Source: an uncultured Rickettsiales bacterium (GTDB taxonomy: Bacteria > Pseudomonadota > Alphaproteobacteria > Rickettsiales > CAZNNM01). From it: a stretch of DNA of 64,000 bases. The translations under genes and the position numbers were made by a program. Under the pieces are notes generated by a model, which made no database searches, was not told the DNA's origin, and saw nothing but the letters and a program-made list of their open reading frames with translations. This document shows positions 1 through 11,400 of this stretch, in pieces; positions within the stretch are counted from its first letter, which is position 1; each line of letters starts with the position of its first letter. The stretch covers positions 4,975 through 68,974 of the forward strand of contig CAZNNM010000009.1 in the NCBI GenBank assembly GCA_964574415.1, read 5' to 3'.

Positions 1-1720
1 CTATATTAATTCCACCACTTATACTCTTACTTATATCCTTATCGTTTAAGTGGGTATAGCTAACACTCCCAGAGTTAAACACCATATTCCCACCATCATG
101 GAAGATACCTTGGTCATCGTAAGTACCCTGCGCAACCACAGAACCAACCAGGTTCGTGTTCCCACTCACATTCCAAACCGTAGATTCCTTGCCGATGATG
201 CTAGTCTGATTCGCCGTAAACACACGATCCGTCTTGCTACTAGACGCACTGATCCCACTCCCAGTCGCCATACCAGGACCATACGTAAAGCTAACCCCAA
301 ACCCACTCGATTTACTATGGAACTGGTTCTGCAACGTGACCACATTCACATCCCCAATAACTCCAACGTCTACTTTATTAACATCCGTAACAACACCCAG
401 GAAGTCCGCACCATTCTGGCTCCTGATAGTGAGCGTACCGTCCGTGATGAGTTGCACTGGGCTATAGGATGTCCCTTTAGATTGGCCCTTACTACCTCCA
501 GCACTAAACGTCAACCCGCCAGCACCATAGCTAACCCCAATACTCGCACTGCTATTCTTACTACTACTCTGCGTAGCCCCAGCCTCAACGATCAGACGGC
601 CAACCCCAGAATCCAGCGTGATACCCTGCTTCGCATCAATAACAGCACCACCCAGCACCTGAGCACCGTGGTCACCCTTGATGATCACCTCTCCAGCAAC
701 GTTAAACATACTCGGATACAACTGCTGCCACTTCGTCGTGCTTTTGTTCGTTCCAAGCGTAATACCAACACTCGGCCCACCAAACAACCCAGCACCAAGG
801 CCAGAGCCGCCGTTAAACATCGATAACTGCGCTCCAACATTCACCAAACTCATCGCAGTACCAATATCACCCTTAGAGTTATTCAGCGTACGTAAGCTAC
901 TGAGGATCGGAGATTGACCAATAAAATCATTATCGCCCGTAAGGCTGTTCGTATTCAAACCCGCAGCGCCCAAAAACCCACCAGCGCTCGCACTAAAGCT
1001 TATTCCTGTCGAACCCTTCTTCAAGTAATAATCCAACAACCCAGCATCAACAATCGTCTGGTTCTTGCCATGCAATATTACATCACCAGTAGTCGTGTTA
1101 AACTGCGTAGCAGTAACACGTACATCATGCTCCGCCTCAAGCACAACACGATCACCATTAAATCCAGTCAGAGCAACCTCATGGCCATTGCTCTGCGTAG
1201 ATGAATACCCAATCCCAATGCCCATCCCACCGAAACCACTCTTCTTGGTTTTGGTCTCAACATGCGTCATATCCGTAATAACATCATGGCCTGCCTTCAG
1301 GTGGATCACACCACCCGTATCCCCCAGCAAACCAGCATTCACAGCAGATCCAAGCACCGTAATATCACCCGTCTGCGTCTGCATACTCACATCGCCATAG
1401 CCAGACGTTATCCCAGACGATTGGATAACCCCAGTCTCCTGGTAGCTCTTCTTAAACGTGCTCTTCTTATTGCGTGACACATACTTATCCGCAACAGCAA
1501 CAACATCGATGCTATTCTGCGCAAGCAGGCTTACATCACCATTCCCCGCAATCTCAGAACCGCGGATCGATATCGAATCTCCCGCCGCCATTGTTATCTT
1601 GCCGCCAGCAAGAACTGTAGAACCCGCAAAGCTGATCGGGTGATAGCCGCCCGCATTCGTGCCAGTGTTCTTAACAACATCATGGATGATCTGGCCCTGG
1701 CCAGAGTAACTCCACCTGCG
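1..1720 (-). pseudogene. 5'-truncated orphan copy of the fhaB/cdiA-like gene (continues past the left edge of the window)
   Basis: nt 1-1710 align colinearly with nt 3540-5250 of the full-length gene (offset 3539). Identity is roughly 80-90% by eye, with a perfect block 1092-1420 = 4631-4959. In the homologous minus frame, translation near 1700 reads YSGQGQIIHDVVKNTGTNAGGYHPISFAG, against GKGQILHDVVKNTGTNAGGYHPISFAG in the full gene. The frame is closed upstream by TAG (1721-1723) and has no obvious start. Confidence 0.7.
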
Positions 1721-1724
1721 CTAC

Positions 1725-2459
1725 TTAATCGCGCCCTAAACGTCTCAAGTTCTCACGATATTTAGCATTACTCACTAACCAATTCTGATATGCCTTAGAA
1801 GTAACTCGATCAACAGGCTTAAACTGAAGGCTTGCCCATATCGGCGCAAGCACTTCAGAGGAATTGGCATAATCTTTATATTCAGAACGCATTGTCTCTT
1901 TATAACTAATCTCAATCGGCGGGAAATCCTTAGGCTGATTGGGTTGATAACAAATAAAATCCTGCGAAAAACTTTTGGGCGCAGGAGGCCTAGGAGTATC
2001 TAAAATCTCTACTAATACACAACGCATACCCGCTCGTGTTATAGTACTAATAAAAATCTCACTGCTTTTGCGTAACTTCACGGTTCTTTTCGCTTCGTCA
2101 TTCTCTCGGCGAAGACGGCGCTCAAAACTTTCTGCGTTACTAAAACCACTAAACGGTGAAATCACAACACTAAGATTTCTCAGAGTGTTGCCGTCCTTAG
2201 AGGCAGTGAGATGAAAGCCTACATCATCAGGGTCTTTATATGTTACTACTTCCCAACTATTTCTATCAGGTGGCAATACTGAGAATCTCTCTCCCTCATA
2301 ACGCTTTCCAGGTACAACTTTCTCTCTTTGATATCCAGTGGAATGGAAACTCATTCCGCAAGCTGAAAGTAAAAGCACAATAGTAGATAAGAAAGTAATA
2401 TAACGCAAAACGAAATTCCTATCGATTAGGATGGCTAATAGGTGATGGAGTAGCTGCAC
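1725..2459 (-). CDS. putative lipoprotein; candidate immunity protein for the upstream C-terminal hydrolase domain
   Basis: 244-aa ORF lying directly after the exoprotein gene, with a 41-nt overlap. A lipobox-like LLLSAC sits near the N-terminus. A TTG at 2408 preceded by AGGA is an alternative start that removes the overlap. No family recognised. Confidence 0.6.
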   Translation of the reverse strand: MQLLHHLLAILIDRNFVLRYITFLSTIVLLLSACGMSFHSTGYQREKVVPGKRYEGERFSVLPPDRNSWEVVTYKDPDDVGFHLTASKDGNTLRNLSVVISPFSGFSNAESFERRLRRENDEAKRTVKLRKSSEIFISTITRAGMRCVLVEILDTPRPPAPKSFSQDFICYQPNQPKDFPPIEISYKETMRSEYKDYANSSEVLAPIWASLQFKPVDRVTSKAYQNWLVSNAKYRENLRRLGRD

Positions 2460-5400
2460 ACATCATACAAGGATAATGGGAATGGTCACTCCATTTGGTT
2501 GCTAGTAATGGCACTCGTAATACACTATATGCAAATTCTATAAGATTACCATTCATTCCAAGCCCCATACCTACGAAATCGCCTTGGTTAATTTGGATAT
2601 GAGCCTCTCCACCTGTGGCGGTATTAACAGCCTTTTGTAAAAAATACTCATTAATCGGCGCACCAGAAAACTGTACTTCACTACCTCCAAGCATATTCTT
2701 AGGTGTGTTATCCATCAACAGATATAACTGTGTTGCACCATTACTATGACCTGCTAACTTAAATGTAGCGGTAGGATTTTGCTCCCTAATAATTGCCTCA
2801 AACTCCCTATCCTGCAACACATTCGACGTCGGGAAAATACCCCCAAATAGTTTCAGCCACGTCGCCTCTAACACATCAGGTATCAACCCTTTTGTTGGAC
2901 TATACGCAATACCATAATTTCCATCGCTAATCCCCAATTGTGACGTGGCATTATTATCCGCTTCGCCGCGCGTATTATTAATTCCATTCCACGAATACGC
3001 TATAATCTCCTGAACAACTTCAGGATTATTACGAACCTCTTCCAAAGCATAGCTCTTTGTAGAACCATCTTTCGTGAGGACATACACACGATCACCTTTT
3101 ATCATCGTACCCGGCAATGATAATAATCCACCATTATTGCTATCAGCAGGGAATATATCCAATAACAATGTATTAGCATACGGAACTTTATCAAGTTGAC
3201 TTCCAACTGCGTATCCTTCTTGGGCCAACTCACTCGGTATCTCAGGTATTTTCGTCACTATCGTCGTCAGATTCGCACCTATCTTCTCGATGGTCCCAAC
3301 CGGATTGTTCACCATCTCCGGCGTAACCGTAATCGTCCCTCGCTGTACATCATGTTCTGTAATGATCTGTGAGCCATTTACGTCTCTATTGATACCGTCG
3401 ATGTTGCCTGCACCAAGCGTAATCTGCCCGTTCCCAAGCGTCGCCAACGTCAGCCCCTTCGTCGTGCTAAAGTCAATACTCAGCGTACCACTCCCACTCG
3501 TCTCCTTATCCTGCGGTGCCTGATTAACAGGGCGCTCACCTATATTAATTCCACCACTTATACTCTTGCTTATATCCTTATCATTCAGATGCGTATAACT
3601 CACAGAGCCACTATTGAAGACCATATTCCCACCATCATGGAACACACCCTGCTCATCATACGTACCCTGCGCAATCACAGACCCTATAAGATTCGTATTC
3701 CCACTAACATTCCAAACCGTAGATTCCTTCCCAATAATACTCGTCTGATTATCCGTAAACACACGATCCACCTTACTACTAGACGCACTGATCCCACTAC
3801 CCGTCGCCATCCCAGGACCATACGTAAAGCTAACCCCAAACCCACTCGATTTACTATGGAACTGGTTCTGCAACGTCACTACATTCACATCACCAATAAC
3901 ACCAACATCAACCTTGTTAACATCCGTAACAACGCCCACCAAATCCGCACCGTTCTGGCTTCTAATCGTCAGCGTACCATCCGTGATCAACTGCACTGGG
4001 CTATAACTTGTCCCTTTGGATTGGCCTTTGCTTGCTCCAGCACTAAACGTCAACCCGCCAGCGCCATAGCTCACACCAATACTCGCACTGCTATTCTTAC
4101 TACTACTCTGCGTAGCCCCAGCCTCAACGATCAGACGACCAACCCCAGAATCCAGCGTGATACCCTGCTTCGCATCAATAACAGCACCACCTTTAATTTG
4201 CGCGCCATGGTCACCCTTAATAATAACCTCGCCAGCAACGTTAAACATACTCGGATATAACTGCTGCCATTTAGTAGTGCTTTTATTCGTACCAAGCGTA
4301 ATACCAACACTAGGCCCACCAAACAACCCAGCGCCAAGACCAGCACCGCCGTTAAACATGGAGAGTTGCGCTCCAACATTCACCAAGCTCATCGCCGTCC
4401 CAATATCACCCTTGGAGTTATTTAATGTACGTAAGCTGCTCAATATCGGAGACTGACCAATAAAATCATTATCGCCAGTAAGGCTGTTCGTGTTCAGCCC
4501 AGCCGCACCAAGGAACCCGCCAGCGCTCGCGCTAAAGCTTATCCCTGTCGAACCCTTCTTCAGGTAATAATCCAACAATCCAGCATCAACAATCGTCTGG
4601 TTCTTACCATGCAGAATCACATCGCCACTCGTCGTGTTAAACTGCGTAGCAGTAACACGTACATCATGCTCCGCCTCAAGCACAACACGATCACCATTAA
4701 ATCCAGTCAGAGCAACCTCATGGCCATTGCTCTGCGTAGATGAATACCCAATCCCAATGCCCATCCCACCGAAACCACTCTTCTTGGTTTTGGTCTCAAC
4801 ATGCGTCATATCCGTAATAACATCATGGCCTGCCTTCAGGTGGATCACACCACCCGTATCCCCCAGCAAACCAGCATTCACAGCAGATCCAAGCACCGTA
4901 ATATCACCCGTCTGCGTCTGCATACTCACATCGCCATAGCCAGACGTTATCCCAGACGACTGTATAACACCCGTCTCCTGGTAGCTCTTCTTGAACGTAC
5001 TCTTCTTGTTCCGAGACACATACTTATCCGCAACAGCCTCAACAGTGATGCTATTCTGAGCCAGCAGCGACACATCTCCATTGCCAGCTAGCTCAGAACC
5101 GCGGATGGATATCGAATCCCCAGCCGCAAGCGTTATCTTGCCGCCAGCCAAAACCGTAGATCCCGCAAAGCTGATCGGATGATAACCACCCGCATTCGTG
5201 CCCGTGTTCTTCACAACATCATGAAGTATCTGACCCTTGCCAGAGTAGTTGAGGCTGCCATCCGCATTCACAGTAACGCCCGCAAGCTCCGTTACATCCC
5301 CGCCAGACACAATCGTCCCGGCCTTATGATGAATTAGCGCATCCGCAATCAGCATAACTCCGCCAGCGCCGCCTACCAGCTGGCCAGTGCCAGTTTGGAT

Positions 5401-8400
5401 AATCTGCTGTGGAGCAACACGACCGCCCTGGCCATTGAGGAACGTGTGTTCCGTCGTCTGAACACCGATGTTCTCGATTACCTTGCCTTTAACAGTCAGG
5501 CTATCCGTGCCTACCAGCTTGCCTGCATTTTTGACCAGATCTGTACCTTCAACATAGGTGACTGCACCTTTGATAACGCCAGTGCCAGCGGCTACTTCAT
5601 GCGTTACTACATCATCCTGCGCAAACATAAAACGGCCCATTTGCTGAGAACCTTGCTCTTGGCGCTTCTCCGTGATAATCGCAGCATTGTCGATGACCTT
5701 ACCCATTACCACTGTTTGGCCTTCGCTTTTAATCTTGCCGCGATTTTTCACCAAATCATCGCCGATAATCGTCAGATTACCGCCAGAGGTGATATTCCCA
5801 CCACCCAGCACTAAATCTTGGCTAGTCGATACTTCCTGCATTTTTGCCTGTGCAGGGAGATAGCCAAATTGGGCGAGATAGCGGTCAGTCGATGTTGAAT
5901 TACCTGCCGTCTGCGTCTTCGTTTTTTCACCCGTAGCTGGCTGGTTATCCACGACTTTGGCATGGATGAGCATATCACTGCCGGAACTTACATCCCCACG
6001 ATTAACAAAGCTGTTATCCGCCAGAATCGTTGCTGTACCACCCGCATGGATCGTACCAAGCTCATTGATCGTATCATTGGTTGTTGCCGTAACCGGAGCA
6101 GGCTGTTGATTAGCACGCAACATCATGCCAGTTGTGGCAGGTTTATTACCCGTTGCAAGCTCACCGCGTGTATTATAATTACGAATGTCACTGGCTTGCA
6201 TATAGAGATCGCCTGTTGCATCAATCTTGCCGCCATAATTGGTGATCGTGCCACTTTCTGCCACAAGCGCCACATCCTTACCACTGAGTTCGCCACGCGA
6301 TAGGGTTTTGCCACTCGTATCAGCAATATTACGGTTCTCAATGGTTTTACCCGAAACGTAGAGGCTGTTCTTGCCTTGAATCAGACCGCCTTGGTTGACT
6401 AAAGCGTTCGCAGCATTGACGCTGACATCATCACCTTTAATCACACCGCCTGTATATGTGCCATCCGCGAGCATGATGCGTTCGTTTTGAATGTCTTTAG
6501 CGTTCAGCAGCATCGTTGTGCCAGTGATTTTACCCCCTATGTTAGAGAGCGTGCCATTAGCTGCGATCATAATGGTATCGCCACTGATCGTGCCTTTTAT
6601 AGTACGGCCATCAGCAGTGACTACTGCATTATTGAAGACATTGTTTGCCGTAATGTCCATAAAATCGACGTTGATGGCACCACCTCTGTTTGACAGATCA
6701 CCCACATTCCCTGTCCACATTTGCGCTGAGATGGTTCCTGATAGTTTGGTTGGGTCGAGGAGGGATTCTGCGTAGTTCTGGATAGAGGCTACTTGGTTTA
6801 GTTTGCGCTGCTCCGCATTATACGCAGCTAGTTGGGTGATGTCCGATGGCGGGGTGGCTCTGGCTTGGGGAGCGGTGTTTGATGCTGTATTGCTCGTCGA
6901 TGGGCGGTATTGGTCGGTGTATTGATAGCCTTCGCCGATTCTTTGGCTTTCCTGATAGCGTGTCGTGCTGGTCATGATGCCGACGTTATTGGCTGTCGTT
7001 GTCGTATTCGTGTTTGGATTGGCATTTTGTTTTATAATCGCACCTTGCACAGCCGCTACGGCTGATGAGGTGGAGCGGTTGGTGATATTGGATACTACAC
7101 CGCTTACGTTGTTTGGGTTATTCGTGTTATTCGGTGCGGTTTGGAACGCGCTTAAGCTCGTGCCGTTCGGGGCTGAACGGTTGTCATTGATGATGGCGTT
7201 TACTTGGGTAAATAGGATAGTCGCGTTTAGCTGGCCGCCGCTGTTGTAAATCTTACCACGGATAAACTCCTGTGGTTTAGGCCCTACGCTGGTGGGATCG
7301 CATTGTGGATCGGCCGTACATTGGGCGTTGGCAGCCATCCATTGATCATAAGCAGGATTGCGGTGTTCCTTGGCAAGTACAATGCTGAGCAAGTTACCCG
7401 CCTCTAACCTGCCGCCGTTTTCGTTATAGACGTGGCCAGCACCGGTATTGCTAATACTCAGATTATTCCCAGCCTCAATCAAACCGCCTGGATTGTTAAG
7501 ATACGAGTTGTTGAGGTCGAGTTCCACCTGGATCGTCGCATCCCTAAGCGCTCTGATCTCACCACCATTAATATTACCAATGCTGTAATCCGTGCTGATA
7601 GAGAGGTCCCAGCCCGACTGGATCAAACCACCATCATTACGGATACCTGTGCCGCTTCTGTCTTGGTTATCGGCTACGATCGTCAGTGTGTCATCCGATT
7701 GCATCGTCCCCAGATAGTTATCCAGGTTACGGGTCGTGAGGTTCAGGAGTCCACCGGATTGCACTGTACCCTGATGGTTGTTGAAGGCAAACGTCTGGGT
7801 ATTATCGATACCCGATAAGCCTGTTCTGATGGTCATATCGCCACCTGAGAGCATCAAACCATTTACATTATTAGTGATATAATCCTGGCTGGTGACACTC
7901 ATGTTACTGCCCGATACCAGTATACCATTGCCGCTATTATCTATCCGCCCTTGGGCTTGCAATGTGAGCAGGCCACCTGCTTGATAGGTGCCGCCCTGGT
8001 TACCAATCCTGCCATTACTGATCGCTGTGATATTACCCACTGCCTGGATCAAGCCGCCATTACCATTACTCAAGTTGGTGGCGAGCGATTCGTTGCCGGT
8101 CGAGGTTAATGTGATATTACCGCCGGAGAGGATTTTGCCGTTATGGCTGTTATCATGCCAGGACGCATTCGAGGTTACATCACCACCCGCCTGGATGCTA
8201 CCGTCTTGGTTAGTGACGCCACCATTATTGGCAGAGAGGATGAGTGTGGTATTGGCTTGTAATGTACCGCCTGTATTAGCGATACCCTGGTTGCCAGTTA
8301 CGTGTAATGAGGAGGCAGAGGCGATGGTGCCATTCGTGTTCGTAATAGCGCCGTTGGAGGCGCTGATAGTAGCCGGGCTTGCACCATACGATGCTATCGT

Positions 8401-11400
8401 ACCGTTACTGTTATTAATACCATTCGTCGTAGCAATGTTTAGGCCATTGCCCGATTGGATCGTGCCGTTGCTATTGCTCAGTGAGTTTATGAGGAGGTTG
8501 ATAAGACCAGGCGTGATAATGCTCGCATTATCATTGATAAACCCGCCTTGGACTAATTGTAAGCTGATGCCGTTCTGTACTGCGAGTATCCCACCTGCAC
8601 TGTTGACCACATCGCCATTGGCACGCATCTGCAAACCTTGGCCTACTTGGATCTGGCCGCCTCGATTCTGTAACCGTAATCCGCTCTCCAGCACCATATC
8701 CTTACTGCTATACACCAAACCGCCAAGGAGCATATCGCCATTGCGAGTCTTTAAGCTCATGCCTTCAGGTGATAAGATACTGCCTTCTGTATCCATCGCA
8801 TTCGCCGCAATGCTTACTGTACCCGTACCCGACTGGATCATCCCGTCTGTGCCTAGATTGCTCCAATTGCCGTTGGTGCTGGTAATCTCTACACCCGCAT
8901 TGCCCGCCAGTTGTGCGCTGTCTGTCGTAATATCACCCGTCGCATTAAGTGTAAGCGAATCTACTGAGGTCACTTCACTGCGCGCCAGATTGAGCAAACC
9001 ACCGCTGTTCATGCTTACATCACCGCTCGATACGATCAACGCATCCTGTGCCGTTGTATTACCGTTGCTGTTGAGAGTGAAACCATCCTCACCCACCAAC
9101 GCCACCAAACGATTCGCTTCCACACTCCCCGCATCCGCCGTAACCTGCTTGGCCACCTGCAGCAAACCCTGGCTAGTGGCTTCAGCACCTAATACCGCAT
9201 CCGTAAGCGTCAGCAAACCGGAGGATTGTAATGCTATATCCTCACTCACTACCTGGCCACCGGAGAGGTTAAGATCACCCGATTGAGCCATAATATTAAT
9301 CGCATCAGGAGCATACCAGATGCTTCCCGTTTGTGTGATGCTGCTACCCGCCTGCGCCACTATATCCGTAGCAGACAGATAGCTCGTACCACCCGTGATG
9401 TTGCCTTGTGCTGCCAGGCTTAACGCTTCATCAGCTAATATCAATGCATTGCTAAGGAGCATATCATCGGCTGCTATCGTCGCCGCACCACCGCTGCGCA
9501 ACTCCAATCCCGTCAGATTCGCATCTCCTTGTGCAGTGACGTGCATATCACTCCCAGAGGTCAGCACACTCCCCTGCGCTACCAGATTGCCTGTCGTAGT
9601 GAGCGTCAGTACACCATCCTTGCTCGACACCATACCCTGGCTAATATCAAGATCACCATTAGCATTCAGTGTAAAATCCTTCGCAGAGGCCAAGATACCA
9701 CCGCGGTTATCACTAATCCCACCTAGGTTTAGTAATAAGGAGCCACTATCACTGGCCACCTCACCAATAAAGTTATCCAACTGCCCAGCTACAGTGAGCG
9801 ATACATCATTCACCGCACCAATCTGCCCCAGCGCGTTAATCAGATCACCGCCTGCAGTAATAGCAAGCGTGTCATTGGACTGTATCAACCCTAAACTGTT
9901 ATCAATAGCATCAGCCGCTTGTATCGCCGCCGCACCATGCGCATTGATCACGCCTTCGCGGTTGTTGAGCTTATCCGCCGCGCTGAGGTTGAGTGTGCTG
10001 TTGCTATGGATAAGACCACGCTCATTGATTACATCACCACGGCTAGCAATCGTGCTACTACCCGCACTCGTAATCGCTCCATCCGTATTATCCAATACGC
10101 CCGTCGTAATAGAGAGTGTGCCATTGCTATTGATAAGGCCGAATCGATTCGTAAGCCCATTCGCCACCGCTATCGATAGGCTGCTACCCTCCGCACTGAT
10201 AATCCCACTATCATTGTTCAGGCTACCTGCCGTAATCGATAAATTACTCAAACTGATAATCGACCCATTGCGATTATCAATCAACCCACCCGCCACCAGG
10301 CTCATATCACCACCGGATTGGATCAGGCTGCCTTCGTCCAGGTTAAGCAGATCACGCACCACATGCACACTTAACGCCCCCTGGCTCCCTAAATACGCCA
10401 CACCTCTATGCACCATATTAGCAGCACGCACATCCATCCCGCCAAAGGCGAACATATCGCTATCCTGGTTTAACAGTGAGCCAGCCAACTGGATATCGGC
10501 TTGGTTGCCTACCGTAATCCGTACATTATCGTTCGTAACATCCCCCGCACCGCGTATCCGCAGATCGCGCCCTACATCCACATAGCCGCTATTATGCATC
10601 GCACCGCCGACAGTAAGCGCCATGTCCTTACCCGCATCCAGCTTGCCCGTGTTGGTGTACGCCCCCTTTACATCAATTGCCACATCATCCTGGCCATCCA
10701 ATCTTCCCGTATTGGTAAAATCACCCGATGCAACAACCTTTGTATCTTCATAGCTATAACTATGCGAATGCTTCGTAACCGAACCCGTGCTGGTAATCTT
10801 GATATCCTTGCGTGCCGTAATAGAAGCCCTCGGCGCATCTTCTCGGCCCATCACGATATTACCATTGGCATCAATCGTAATATCCCCTGCATTGGCCGCC
10901 ATATCACCATCCAGCCGAACACCCGCGCCGGACTCCGTACTCATAATATGGATCTGCCCAGCCTGCATCGCACCCACAGCCGTCGCATCAATCGCAACCG
11001 CAGGAACAATACGGCTCGCATCTGCTGCCGCTCCCGTGCTCTCACCCGTCACCGTATTATACTGCTGTCTACCACCACGAACACCCAGCTTCCCCTGCGG
11101 ATTAACCCGAACCGCACCATCCACAATCACCTTACGCCCAATCAACTCCACATCCGAAGCCGTGCTCGCTCGTAAACCACCTGCCCCCACAGAAACCGTG
11201 CCACGCTCAACGCCTAAGCCAACCAGGTTACCTGCACCATCCACCTGCACAGCACCCGTGCTCAACACCACCTGCGGCGTCTTATAAAAACTACACCCAT
11301 CACACGTCACACCATTCGGGTTCGCAACAACAACCGCAGCTTCCTTCCCCACAACCTCCGTCATACCAGCCAAACGAGACGCATTACCACCCGTAACCTC

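Noticed and set aside
50-11287. Many long plus-strand ORFs (e.g. 50..826, 3589..4260, 7988..9286, 9395..10585, 10501..11175, 10787..11287) antisense to the exoprotein gene and its orphan copy
   Set aside because: They lie entirely inside a 9.4-kb minus-strand gene with clear TPS and beta-helix repeat homology. Their translations are low-complexity (R/T/P/I/L-rich) with no motifs. The biased repeat composition suppresses stop codons on the opposite strand.
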